Source: an uncultured Acidobacteriota bacterium (lineage in GTDB: Bacteria > Acidobacteriota > Vicinamibacteria > Vicinamibacterales > UBA2999). Taken from it: a stretch of DNA of 64,000 bases. Made by a program: the position numbers and the translations under genes. The notes under the pieces were generated by a model, which worked only from the letters and a program-made list of their open reading frames with translations, did no database searches and was not told the origin of the DNA. Location: assembly GCA_963841905.1 (NCBI GenBank), contig CAWJEM010000015.1:50457-114456 (forward strand). Direction: 5' to 3'. Position 1 is the stretch's first letter. Each line of letters begins with the position of its first letter. Shown here piece after piece: positions 1 through 8,955 of the stretch.

Positions 1-1
1 G

Positions 2-1021
2 CATGATGCCGTCCAGCAGGCCGGGGAAGTTCTGCGCGATGAGAAGCTGCTGAATAGCGCCGCCCGAACCGCCGAAGCCAATCGTCCAGGCCGGCAATCC
101 ATATCGCTCGACGAAGTGCTCCTTGATCATCATCAACGCCTCGGCCGACAGGTTGTCGTTGCAGTGCTGCTGCATCACGTTCTGCGTCGAGATCGCGTGC
201 GCAAAACCGCGCGACAAGGCCTGGTCGTTGAGCGCGCCGGTGGCCTGATTCGTTCCCTGGTTGTAGTTGGTGCCGCACCCGCCACCGAAGGAGAACATCA
301 GCCGTCGGTTCCAGCCGTCGCCAGGAGCCCAGGCGTTGCTGGTGCTCCGCGACGGATCGTCGAGGATGGCGATGCGATAGATGGCCCGGTTGATCGTGCC
401 CGATTCGACCCGAACGATGTAGGGGACGGTCTTGCCGTCGGTCGTGGTCGTCTGCGCAACGTCTGCGGGCCGCGGTCCTGCAAGGTCCGTGAGCGGCTTG
501 AAGTGCGGCCGTTCGGCGAGCGGCTGCGTGCTGGCGACAGGCGGAGGCGGCAACGTCGAGCGGTAGAAGTACTCGACCTTGGTCGTGGCCGAGCAGTTTT
601 CGTCGAGCGGATCGCCAAGACCGGATTGTGTGGTGTTGCAGACGAATGGTGTCAGGTGTGGACCCGAGACAATGGGCCCGGTGATCGGATGATTCGTGAG
701 TTGGAGCCGTGTCGAGCCGTTGCCGCGGCGCGCTTCGATGGTGTTGGCGCCGAGACGAAGTCCCTCGACGAGGCCGGTCACCGTTCGTCGCGCCTCGTTC
801 GGGTGGAACGTCGCGGAGATGTCCTGGCCGTTCAGCGTCACGGTCAGGCCGTCAGTTGTCGGCGCTTTGATCTCGACGAGCGCGTTACCACCGCTCACCA
901 TGTCGGGCCGCCCCGACAACACTGCGATGGCCAGCGCGCCTTGCGCGCCCAGCTGCGGCCCCAACGCCGCCAATCCCATGGCACATACTGCGGAAACCGT
1001 TGCTGCCTTTGCGTTTCGCAT
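2..1021 (-). CDS. secreted alpha/beta-hydrolase-like protein (N-terminal ~340 codons; 3' end lies beyond window start)
   Basis: Reverse frame is open from ATG (complement of 1019-1021) to the window edge. It is absent from the ORF track because it has no stop in the window. Translation: MRNAKAATVSAVCAMGLAALGPQLGAQG (signal peptide) ... FSFGGGCGTNYNQG ... GFGGSGGAIQQ (G-x-S-x-G nucleophile elbow). The tannase/DUF6351-like assignment is from memory only. Confidence 0.6.
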   Translation of the reverse strand, partial: MRNAKAATVSAVCAMGLAALGPQLGAQGALAIAVLSGRPDMVSGGNALVEIKAPTTDGLTVTLNGQDISATFHPNEARRTVTGLVEGLRLGANTIEARRGNGSTRLQLTNHPITGPIVSGPHLTPFVCNTTQSGLGDPLDENCSATTKVEYFYRSTLPPPPVASTQPLAERPHFKPLTDLAGPRPADVAQTTTTDGKTVPYIVRVESGTINRAIYRIAILDDPSRSTSNAWAPGDGWNRRLMFSFGGGCGTNYNQGTNQATGALNDQALSRGFAHAISTQNVMQQHCNDNLSAEALMMIKEHFVERYGLPAWTIGFGGSGGAIQQLLIAQNFPGLLDGIM

Positions 1022-1036
1022 CTGAGTTCCCCACAG

Positions 1037-1158
1037 GAAAGTTACAAGTTACAAGTTCCGAGTTACAAGTTCGTGTTCACCTCTGACATGCTCGACTCAG
1101 CTGGGCGTTGTGCACAGGTCGTCCGTTTTGAACTTGTAACTTGGAACTTGTAACTTTC
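1037..1158. repeat. inverted repeat built from GTTACAA heptamers
   Basis: Left arm GAAAGTTACAAGTTACAAGTTCCGAGTTACAAGTTC (1037-1072). Right arm GAACTTGTAACTTGGAACTTGTAACTTTC (1130-1158). The arms are near-perfect reverse complements; the left arm has one extra heptamer. Lies between the thiolase stop (1166) and the start of the hydrolase gene (1021). Confidence 0.8.
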
Positions 1159-1165
1159 GTTTCGA

Positions 1166-2347
1166 TCAGGCGCGCTCGAACAGCGCTGCCGCGCCCTGCC
1201 CGCCCCCCACGCACATCGTCACGACGCCATAGCGTGCGCCGCGACGCGTCATCTCGTTCGCCAACGTGCCGACCAGCCGGGATCCCGTCATCCCGAACGG
1301 ATGTCCAATCGCTATCGATCCACCGTTGACGTTCAGCCGCTCCATCGGAAGCCCGAGGCGATCGCGACAATAGACTACTTGCGACGCGAATGCCTCATTC
1401 AATTCCCAGAGATCGATGTCGTCGATCGTCAGCCCGTGCTTTTTGAGCAGCTTGGGGACCGCGAACACCGGGCCGATGCCCATCTCGTCCGGTTCGCACG
1501 CGGCGACCGAATATCCTCGAAAGACGAGCTTTGGCTGAATGCCAAGCGCCTTCGCCCGTGAGGCTGACATGACGAGCGTCGCAGACGCTCCGTCCGAAAG
1601 CTGCGACGAGTTCCCAGCCGTCACGCTGCCTTGCCCGCTTGTGTCGAACACCGGCGGCAATTTGGCGAGGCCCTCGAGCGTGGTATCGACGCGATTGCAC
1701 TCATCGCGATCAACGTGGACGCCCTCCTCACCAACCTTCTCGCCGGTCTTCTTGTCGAGCACCCCGCGAGTGACATCCAGTGGCGCCAACTCGTCGGCGA
1801 AAAACCCTTCCTGCTGCGCGCGCGCGATTCGTTGCTGGCTCGCCAGCGACAATTGATCCTGGGCATCGCGTGTCACGCCGTATCGCTTGGCCACGACCTC
1901 CGCCGTTTCACCCATCGCCATATAGAGACCCGGATGGTGCTCTTTGACCCACGGATTCGGCGAGGTGTCGCGCTGCATCATCGTGATGGATTCGACGCCG
2001 CCGCCGATGGCGGCCTCTACGCCCTCCTGCGTCACCATGTGCGCAGCCTGGACGATAGCCTGGAGGCCCGAATTGCAGAACCGATTCACGGTGACGCCTG
2101 GTGTGGTGACCGGAAGGCCGGCGCGAAGGGCGGCCACGCGCGCGATGTTGTGTCCCTGGGTACCGTGAGGCTGTCCGCATCCCAGAACCACTTCCTCGAT
2201 CTCGGATGGACTCAACTGCGGGGCTTTCGACAGGACGTGCTTGATCGCGTGAGCGGCGAGATCGTCCGGGCGCGTGAGGTTGAACGATCCACGGCCCGAC
2301 TTGGCCAGGGGCGTGCGGCTGCTGGCAACGATGACGGCTTCGCGCAT
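1166..2347 (-). CDS. acetyl-CoA C-acetyltransferase (thiolase II)
   Basis: C-terminal 393 codons of the artefactual 1166..3928 ORF. Motifs: [31 protein letters not shown] (active-site Cys), [38 protein letters not shown]. Start is ATG at complement 2345-2347 (alternative at 2359). Confidence 0.9.
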   Translation of the reverse strand: MREAVIVASSRTPLAKSGRGSFNLTRPDDLAAHAIKHVLSKAPQLSPSEIEEVVLGCGQPHGTQGHNIARVAALRAGLPVTTPGVTVNRFCNSGLQAIVQAAHMVTQEGVEAAIGGGVESITMMQRDTSPNPWVKEHHPGLYMAMGETAEVVAKRYGVTRDAQDQLSLASQQRIARAQQEGFFADELAPLDVTRGVLDKKTGEKVGEEGVHVDRDECNRVDTTLEGLAKLPPVFDTSGQGSVTAGNSSQLSDGASATLVMSASRAKALGIQPKLVFRGYSVAACEPDEMGIGPVFAVPKLLKKHGLTIDDIDLWELNEAFASQVVYCRDRLGLPMERLNVNGGSIAIGHPFGMTGSRLVGTLANEMTRRGARYGVVTMCVGGGQGAAALFERA

Positions 2348-2360
2348 GGACGGGATCATA

Positions 2361-2539
2361 GTTCCAAGGTTCCAAGGTTCCAACGTTCCAACGTTCCAAC
2401 GTTCCAACGTTCCAAGGTTCAAACCTTGAAACCCAGACCTCAACTCTGGACCATTTCGGACAAGGGAACTCTGGAACCTCGAACTCTGGAACCTGGAACA
2501 TTGGAACTCTGGAACTCTGGAACTCTGGAACTCTGGAAC
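2361..2539. repeat. 8-nt periodic array: 7x GTTCCAA[GC], then about 9 GGAAC-containing units (GGAACTCT); imperfect long palindrome
   Basis: Read directly. GTTCCAAG/GTTCCAAC tandem units run 2361-2416. A central small hairpin GGTTCAAACCTTGAAACC follows. GGAACTCT-type units then run to 2539. The reverse complement of the right arm (GTTCCAGA) matches the left unit at 6 of 8 positions. The array fills the whole divergent spacer between thiolase and the ThuA-like gene. Confidence 0.85.
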
Positions 2540-2557
2540 GCGTGTAGGATTGCCCCC

Positions 2558-3421
2558 GTGCGCCCAATCCTCAGTGCTGCGTTGCTCGTTTTGCTCGCCT
2601 CGCTGGATGGGACCGCATGGCAAGGTTCCCCCGCCACGCCCGCGTCGAAGAAGCTCCTGTTCCTCACGCACGCCGCGCTCTACAAACACACCAGTCTCGG
2701 CCCGGCCGAGAACGCCGTGACGGAACTTGGAAAACAAGGCGGGTTCAGCGTCACGACCGTGCAGGGCTACAAGCAGGACGCTGACAAGCTCGACCTCACG
2801 TTTCTCACACCGGAGTACCTCGATCAGTTCGACGGCCTGATGCTGATGACGAATGGCAACCTGCCGCTCACCGACGATCAAAAGCGCGCGTTGATCGAAT
2901 TCGTGCGCAACGGCAAGGCCCTGATCGGTGCGCATTGTGCGAGCCTCACGCTCTACAACCACCCCGCCTTCGGCGAGATGCTTGGCGGCTACTTCCGCCG
3001 ATCCGGCCGGCAGAATCGCATCGTCATTCTGAAAGTCGAGGACCAGAAGCACCCGGCGACCCGAATGCTGGGAGCCAGCTGGCCGGTCGTCGATGAGTTC
3101 TATCTGTTCGGAACCGCACCGTGGGATGCCACCCGACCAACGGAGAACGTCGATGCGCTGTTCGGCAATCGAATTCCGGTCGGTTTCTCGCGCGATCGCG
3201 TACATGTGCTTTTGAGCATCGACACCGAGACGTCGAACCTCGCTGGTCAACCGGAGATGCAACGAGGCGGCGACTATCCGCAAGCGTGGTGGCGATCGTT
3301 TGGTCAAGGCCGTGTGTTCTATACGGCGCTCGGTCATCGTGATGACATCTGGTCGAACGATCCGATCTTTCGCGCGCACATTCTTGGTGGGATTCGGTGG
3401 GCGCTCGGGCTGGAGCATTGA
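2558..3421 (+). CDS. ThuA-domain (trehalose-utilisation-like) secreted protein
   Basis: C-terminal part of ORF 1631..3421. In-frame GTG at 2558 gives [18 protein letters not shown] (signal peptide), then [47 protein letters not shown]. Start codon is uncertain. Confidence 0.75.
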   Translation: MRPILSAALLVLLASLDGTAWQGSPATPASKKLLFLTHAALYKHTSLGPAENAVTELGKQGGFSVTTVQGYKQDADKLDLTFLTPEYLDQFDGLMLMTNGNLPLTDDQKRALIEFVRNGKALIGAHCASLTLYNHPAFGEMLGGYFRRSGRQNRIVILKVEDQKHPATRMLGASWPVVDEFYLFGTAPWDATRPTENVDALFGNRIPVGFSRDRVHVLLSIDTETSNLAGQPEMQRGGDYPQAWWRSFGQGRVFYTALGHRDDIWSNDPIFRAHILGGIRWALGLEH

Positions 3422-3475
3422 AGCTGGCAGCAGCCGGCTGCCGGCCGCCGGCCGCCAGCAACGTGCGCGAGCCCT

Positions 3476-4600
3476 GTGCGTTCGTGTGACAATTCCCCCG
3501 TGCAAATTGACGCCGCCATCGTCTGGGAACAGGGTGCTCCTTTGTCCGTCGAGTCTGCGGAGCTCGATGCGCCTGGTGCGGGTGAAGTTCTCGTCGAGGT
3601 GAAAGCGGCGGGAGTTTGTCACAGCGATCTGCACGCGACGTCCGGCGACTGGCCGATGGGCGTGCCCTTCGTGCCGGGGCACGAGGGCGCGGGCATCGTT
3701 CGCGGCGTGGGCGCTGGTGTCACGCGTGCTGCGCTTGGTGATCACGTGGTCTTTTGCTGGGCGCCGTCGTGCGGGCAGTGCGAACCGTGCCGGCTTGGTA
3801 CTCCGCTGCTGTGCGATCGGCTCGAGAAAACGACGTTTCGCAACAAGCTGCCGACCGGCGATACGAGGCTGCACGCCAAGGGACAGGACGTCGCACCGTT
3901 TCTCGGCACCGCGTGCTTCGCCAGCCACACTGTCGTTCCGCAGGAAGGCTTGGTGACCGTGCCCGACGAAGTGCCCTTCGAGGCGTTGGGGGCGGTCGGC
4001 TGTGCGGTGGTGACGGGCGTCGGCGCGGTCAGCAACGCCGCCAAAATTCCGCCCGGTGCGGTCGTCGCCGTCATTGGCGCCGGGGGCGTCGGCCTCAACG
4101 TCGTGCAGGGGGCTGCGCTGGCCGGTGCGTCTCGCATCATCGCGATCGACCGCGAGTCGGCCCCGTTAGCAGTGGCAAGTTCGCTCGGAGCGACCGACGT
4201 GTCGCAACCGACCGGGAAAACCTCGGAGGCGGTTCGAGCGCTGACGAACGGCCGCGGCGCCGACTTCGTCTTCGACACCGTTGGGACCCCCGCAACTCTC
4301 ACAGATGCAATCACTTCCGCCAGGAAGGGCGGAACCGTCGTGGTGACCGGGTTGTCTCGAATCGACGCCCAGGGGACCATCCGGCTCTACCCGTTCGTCA
4401 TGCAGGAGAAGCGCCTGATCGGGTCGGTTTACGGTTCGGGTAACCCGCTGCTCGACATCGAGCACCTCGTCAACCAGTATCGTGAGGGCCGCCTCAAACT
4501 CAACGAGTTGACGACCAGGACTTACCGACTCGATCAGGTGAACGACGCGCTCGCGGCGCTCGGTCGAGGTGACGGCGGGCGCGGGGTACTGCTGTTCTGA
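3476..4600 (+). CDS. Zn-dependent alcohol dehydrogenase (MDR superfamily)
   Basis: Motifs [24 protein letters not shown] (structural Zn) and [13 protein letters not shown] (Rossmann fold). The GTG start at 3476 is uncertain; an alternative GTG lies near 3500. Confidence 0.85.
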   Translation: MRSCDNSPVQIDAAIVWEQGAPLSVESAELDAPGAGEVLVEVKAAGVCHSDLHATSGDWPMGVPFVPGHEGAGIVRGVGAGVTRAALGDHVVFCWAPSCGQCEPCRLGTPLLCDRLEKTTFRNKLPTGDTRLHAKGQDVAPFLGTACFASHTVVPQEGLVTVPDEVPFEALGAVGCAVVTGVGAVSNAAKIPPGAVVAVIGAGGVGLNVVQGAALAGASRIIAIDRESAPLAVASSLGATDVSQPTGKTSEAVRALTNGRGADFVFDTVGTPATLTDAITSARKGGTVVVTGLSRIDAQGTIRLYPFVMQEKRLIGSVYGSGNPLLDIEHLVNQYREGRLKLNELTTRTYRLDQVNDALAALGRGDGGRGVLLF

Positions 4601-4670
4601 GTGCCCAGCGGGGTCGTGGCGGCCGGTCGCTCTTACGCTGTCCGTTCGCCCGCCAGGCACATTACAAATT

Positions 4671-4701
4671 CTGACAACAAGGTGCCCATAAATTGTAGAA
4701 A
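4671..4701 (+). promoter_or_regulatory. candidate promoter in an AT-rich island upstream of module 1 (CTGACA-N19-TAGAAA)
   Basis: Locally AT-rich stretch (ATTACAAATTCTGACAACAAGGTGCCCATAAATTGTAGAAAATGG) in an otherwise GC-rich spacer. A similar CTGACA-N19-AGAATA lies upstream of module 3. No experimental or consensus support. Confidence 0.2.
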
Positions 4702-4860
4702 ATGGAATGGTTTAAGCACGCGTCGCACTGACGTGTTTTCGGCAAGGTCGTGAGGCGCGAGGCTCGTCTCGGGCCACGATCGACGGGATGTTTCCGCCGG
4801 CGTCCCACGACGGCGCGGGACGAGGGTGAGCAGAGTCGAAGGTCGAGACAGGGATCACGA

Positions 4861-7371
4861 ATGCAGCGCCTACTGTTTGCGATTCCCGCGGCTCTCGTCG
4901 CGGCGCTGGGAGTCGCGGCGGCCACCAGTCAATCGCCTCGAACCCAGGGAGCCGCCCCGGCTCCCGTGGCCAGCCATTCGCCTGCCACGCAGACGACCAC
5001 CGCACAAAAGGACACCGCTGTAAAAGACATCGCCGTAAAGGACACCCCTGTAAGTGACCCTGCGTCGCAGACCCAACTCGTCAAGCAATACTGCGCGACG
5101 TGTCACAACGACCGCACCAAGGCAGGGCAACTCTCGTTCGCCAGCTTTGAGGCGGCGACGATCGAGCAGCATCCCGAGCTGGCCGAGAAAATGATTCGCA
5201 AGCTGCGGACGGGCATGATGCCGCCCGCCGGTGCGAAGCGTCCGGACGAAGCCACCCTCACCGCGTTCGTGTCGTCGCTCGAAAGTCGAATCGATCGCGC
5301 GGCCGCCTTGCGGCCAAACCCCGGTCACCGGCCCTTCCAGCGACTCAACCGCGCCGAGTACGGCCTCGCGATTCAGGGCTTGCTTGGCATCGATGTCGAC
5401 GTTTCGGCCTTGCTGCCACCTGACACGATCAGCCACGGCTTCGACAACATTGCCGACGTGCAGGTGTTCTCACCGACGGTGCTCGAGGGCTACCTTCGAG
5501 CGGCGGCGAAGATCAGCCGCGACGCGATCGGCGATCGAACCGCCGCGCCATCAGGCGTCATCTATAAGGTGCCGAGGACTGCAGCGCAGCTCAAGCACGT
5601 CGACGGAGCTCCGATTGGGACGCGCGGCGGCTCATCGCTCGTGCACATCTTTCCAGCGGACGGCGAATACACCTTCCGCATGATGTTCCACAGCATTCCG
5701 ACCGGACAGCTCTACGGGAGCACGACCCGCGGCGAGCAGATCGAGGTCTCGATCAACGGCGAGCGCGTGGCGCTGCTCGACATCAACCCACGGCTGAGCG
5801 AGGCCGACCCCAAGGGCATCAGCATCGAGACGCCGCCAATCATGGTGAAGGCGGGACCGCACCGCGTGTCGGCAGCATTCCTCGCACGATCCGAGAGTCC
5901 GGTTGACGATCTGCTCGCGCCTGTCGATTACACGCTGGCCGACACGCAAATCGGCAGCGCGATGGGCGTGACGACGTTGCCACACCTGCGCGAGCTGGCG
6001 ATCACCGGACCGAGCAAGGTTACCGGCGTCTCCGAAACCGTCAGCCGTCGTCGCATCTTTCAGTGTCGTCCCACGACGCCGGCGGAAGAGGCGCCCTGCG
6101 CGGAGCGAATCCTTCGCACGCTCGCGAACCAGGCGTACCGACGTCCGGTCAACGGCGATGAGATGCAGGGGCTGCTCGAGTTCTACGACGCGGGCCGCAA
6201 AGAGGGTGATTTCGAGACGGGCATTCGGACCGGGCTGCAGGCGATTCTTGCGAGCCCGCAATTCCTGCTGCGCCTCGAGCGCGCCCCCGCCGGCATCAAG
6301 CCCGGTCAGAACTATCGGATCAGCGACATCGATCTGGCGTCGCGACTGTCGTACTTCATTTGGGCTACGGTTCCCGATCAAGAGCTGATCAACCTCTCGA
6401 TGAAGTCGCAGCTGCGCGCGCCCGGGATGCTCGAGGCGCAGGTGCGGCGCATGCTCGAGGATCCGCGATCGGAAGCGCTCGCCACACGATTCGCATCGCA
6501 GTGGCTGCGGCTGCAGGATCTCGACAAGATTCACCCTGATGCCCTCACGTATCCGAAGTTCGATCACTATCTCGCCGAGGCCATGCGCCGCGAAACCGAA
6601 CTGCTGTTCGAGACGTTGATTCGCGAGGATCGCAGCGTGCTCGAGCTGCTGACGGCCGACTGGACGTTCGTGAACGAACGTCTGGCGCGGCACTACGACA
6701 TTCCGAACATCACGGGTGATCAGTTCCGGCGAGTGCAACTAGCTGGGGAGAATCGCCGTGGCCTGCTGGGACACGGCAGCATCCTGATGATGACCTCGGT
6801 GGCCGACCGCACCTCGCCGGTCAATCGCGGCAAGTGGGTCATGGAAGTGCTGCTCGGATCGCCGCCGCCACCGCCGCCCGCCAACGTGCCGGCCCTCGAA
6901 GAGACGAGTGGTGTCGCCGACGCGCGGTTGCTGTCGGTTCGTGAGCGGATGGAAGAGCATCGCAAGAATCCGGCGTGCACCTCGTGCCATCGGGTGATCG
7001 ATCCGCTGGGACTCGCACTCGAGAACTTCGACGTCACCGGCGCGTGGCGCATCAAGGACAACGGTGTGCCGATCGACCCGTCCGGCACGTTGTATGACGG
7101 CACCGCGATGAGCGGTCCGATCGAATTGCGACAGGCGTTGCTCAAGCGATCGAACGTCGTTCTGACGAGTTTTACCGAGAGCCTGATGACCTACGCGCTC
7201 GGCCGGCGGGTCGAACACTACGACATGCCGACGATTCGGACGATCGTCCGTGATGCAGGAAAGAACGGCCACAAGATGTCAGCGTTCATTCTCGGAGTGA
7301 TCGCCAGCCCGGCGTTCCAGATGAGCCGCGCCGAGGCCGTGGAAACGACAGCGGCACCAGAAGCACGTTAG
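4861..7371 (+). CDS. secreted cytochrome-c-motif protein, DUF1592/DUF1588/DUF1585-type (module 1, intact)
   Basis: ORF 4750..7371. Likely start is ATG 4861 (MQRLLFAIPAALVAALGVAAATSQ signal peptide). Motifs: LVKQYCATCHNDRTKAG (CxxCH), MIRKLRTGMMPPAGAKRP, LLGSPPPPPPANVP, NPACTSCHRVIDPLG (second CxxCH). Confidence 0.85.
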   Translation: MQRLLFAIPAALVAALGVAAATSQSPRTQGAAPAPVASHSPATQTTTAQKDTAVKDIAVKDTPVSDPASQTQLVKQYCATCHNDRTKAGQLSFASFEAATIEQHPELAEKMIRKLRTGMMPPAGAKRPDEATLTAFVSSLESRIDRAAALRPNPGHRPFQRLNRAEYGLAIQGLLGIDVDVSALLPPDTISHGFDNIADVQVFSPTVLEGYLRAAAKISRDAIGDRTAAPSGVIYKVPRTAAQLKHVDGAPIGTRGGSSLVHIFPADGEYTFRMMFHSIPTGQLYGSTTRGEQIEVSINGERVALLDINPRLSEADPKGISIETPPIMVKAGPHRVSAAFLARSESPVDDLLAPVDYTLADTQIGSAMGVTTLPHLRELAITGPSKVTGVSETVSRRRIFQCRPTTPAEEAPCAERILRTLANQAYRRPVNGDEMQGLLEFYDAGRKEGDFETGIRTGLQAILASPQFLLRLERAPAGIKPGQNYRISDIDLASRLSYFIWATVPDQELINLSMKSQLRAPGMLEAQVRRMLEDPRSEALATRFASQWLRLQDLDKIHPDALTYPKFDHYLAEAMRRETELLFETLIREDRSVLELLTADWTFVNERLARHYDIPNITGDQFRRVQLAGENRRGLLGHGSILMMTSVADRTSPVNRGKWVMEVLLGSPPPPPPANVPALEETSGVADARLLSVRERMEEHRKNPACTSCHRVIDPLGLALENFDVTGAWRIKDNGVPIDPSGTLYDGTAMSGPIELRQALLKRSNVVLTSFTESLMTYALGRRVEHYDMPTIRTIVRDAGKNGHKMSAFILGVIASPAFQMSRAEAVETTAAPEAR

Positions 7372-7436
7372 GCACTTTCGCACCATATGCACTGTAGGCA
7401 CGAGCACCCAGGCACGCTGAGGCACCGTAGGCACCT
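7371..7436 (+). repeat. strand-asymmetric GGCAC array (5x GGCAC plus 3x GCAC)
   Basis: GGCACTTTCGCACCATATGCACTGTAGGCACGAGCACCCAGGCACGCTGAGGCACCGTAGGCACC. There is no GTGCC complement within the array. The last unit runs into the Shine-Dalgarno sequence (GGCACCTTAGGAG) of the DUF1552 gene. Confidence 0.8.
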
Positions 7437-7448
7437 TAGGAGAGACCG

Positions 7449-8846
7449 ATGATCATCACGAAGAAGCACGTTTCCCGGCGCACTGTCCTGCGCGGAATGG
7501 GCGTGACGATGGCGCTGCCGTTCCTGGATGCGATGGTGCCGGCCCGGACCGTGTGGGCGAAGACCGCCGCGGCGGGGAAGATTCGCCTCTCCTGCATCGA
7601 ACAGGTGCACGGCGCCGCTGGCAGCACGAAGATTGGCCTCGAAAAGAACATGTGGTCGCCCGCGGCGGTTGGTCGCTCGTTCGATTTGTCGGCCACGAGC
7701 CTCAGCCCGCTCGAGCCGTTCCGCGACTACGTCACGATCGTGAGCAACACGGACGTGCGGAACGCCGAGGCCTTCGCGCCCAACGAGATTGGCGGCGATC
7801 ACTTCCGGTCGAGCGCGGTGTTTCTGACCCAGGCGCATCCGAAGCAGACCGAAGGGTCCGACGTGCACGTCGGTCCCTCGATCGATCAGCTCTACGCCCA
7901 GAAGTTCGGGCAGGACACCGCCATCCCCTCGATGCAGTTGGCGATCGAGAACGTCGATCAGGCGGGCGGCTGTGCCTACGGCTATGCCTGCGTCTACACC
8001 GACACCATCAGCTGGGCCGACGCCGAAACGCCGCTGCCGATGATTCGCGATCCGCGCTACGCCTTCGATCAGCTCTTCGGCGTCGGCGCGACCCCGCAGG
8101 AACGCGCGGCGCGGCGTCGCACCGATCGGACCATCCTCGACTTCATCTCGACCGAGATTTCACGGCTGCGCAACACGCTGGGGACGTCTGACCGGGCGCG
8201 TCTCGACAGCTATCTCGAGGACGTGCAGGAAGTCGAGCGTCGGATTCGTCTCGTCGAAGCGCGCAATACCAGCGGCGAAGAGCGCGAACTGCCGGGTGCG
8301 CCCGCCGGCGTGCCCGACTCGTTTACCGAGCACGTGAAGCTGATGTACGACCTGCAGGCGCTGGCGTTCGCGGGCGACATTACTCGTGTCTTCTCGTTCA
8401 AGACCGGTCGCGACGGTTCGGCGCGCGTCTATCCGGACAGTGGCGTCAACCTGCCGTTCCACCCGGCATCGCACCACGGCGAGCGCGAAGACCGCGTGAC
8501 GCAGTTTGCGGCCATCAACAAATACCAGGTCAGCCTGCTGCCGTACTTCATGGAGAAGCTGAAGTCGCTCAAGGAAGGCGACGGCAACCTGCTCGATCAG
8601 ACGGTGATCGTCTACGGATCGCCGATGGGCAACTCGAACGTGCACAACCACAAGCGCTGCCCGCTGTTCTTCGCCGGGCACGGTGGTGGCATGTTGAAGG
8701 GTGGCCTGCACCTGAAGGGCGCGGACGGCACGCCGATGGCCAATGTCCTCCTGACCTTGGCGCATGGCCTCGGTCTCGAGATGGCGAGCTTCGGCGACAG
8801 CACCGGCGAGTTCAACTTGAACGCGGTACCTGAAACGACTGTTTAG
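7449..8846 (+). CDS. DUF1552 protein with twin-arginine leader (module 1)
   Basis: MIITKKHVSRRTVLRGMGVTMALPFLDAM (Tat-like leader), IGGDHFRSSAVFLTQ, FHPASHHGEREDR (HxxSHH), GSPMGNSNVHNHKRCPLF. Confidence 0.9.
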   Translation: MIITKKHVSRRTVLRGMGVTMALPFLDAMVPARTVWAKTAAAGKIRLSCIEQVHGAAGSTKIGLEKNMWSPAAVGRSFDLSATSLSPLEPFRDYVTIVSNTDVRNAEAFAPNEIGGDHFRSSAVFLTQAHPKQTEGSDVHVGPSIDQLYAQKFGQDTAIPSMQLAIENVDQAGGCAYGYACVYTDTISWADAETPLPMIRDPRYAFDQLFGVGATPQERAARRRTDRTILDFISTEISRLRNTLGTSDRARLDSYLEDVQEVERRIRLVEARNTSGEERELPGAPAGVPDSFTEHVKLMYDLQALAFAGDITRVFSFKTGRDGSARVYPDSGVNLPFHPASHHGEREDRVTQFAAINKYQVSLLPYFMEKLKSLKEGDGNLLDQTVIVYGSPMGNSNVHNHKRCPLFFAGHGGGMLKGGLHLKGADGTPMANVLLTLAHGLGLEMASFGDSTGEFNLNAVPETTV

Positions 8847-8875
8847 CGGCGAGGGCCAGAGCGCGGGGTTTGAAT

Positions 8876-8935
8876 TCCCTGTTCCCAGTTCCCTGTGCCC
8901 TCCCCTATGCCCTGTGCCCTGAGCCCTATGCCCTG
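8876..8935. repeat. CCCT[GA]TGCCCT-type word array (complement orientation of the AGGGCA family)
   Basis: TCCCTGTTCCCAGTTCCCTGTGCCCTCCCCTATGCCCTGTGCCCTGAGCCCTATGCCCTG. Lies between the DUF1552 stop and the ankyrin start. Confidence 0.7.
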
Positions 8936-8955
8936 TTTGAAAGTGGAGCCTGGAC

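Noticed and set aside
116-1153. 345-aa plus-strand ORF, and other long Arg/Ala/Pro-rich ORFs such as 36725..37768, 34316..35686, 45558..46244, 8160..9122 and 11653..12852
   Set aside because: These are shadow ORFs typical of high-GC DNA. They have Arg/Gly/Pro-rich nonsense composition and no motifs. Each lies antisense or out of frame to a gene with clear family signatures.
2361-2539. Possible CRISPR array; the same question applies to the other word arrays at 7371, 16252, 19004, 25356 and 28122
   Set aside because: The repeat period is only 7-9 nt with no unique spacers of 25-40 nt. No cas genes are in the window. These are microsatellite-like word arrays, not CRISPR.
1166-3928. 920-aa minus-strand ORF suggesting a giant fusion protein
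   Set aside because: Only the last 393 codons are thiolase. The upstream part reads through the GTTCCAA repeat array and the antisense of the ThuA-like and ADH genes, giving repetitive VPEFQSSR... translation. It is an artefact of missing stops.
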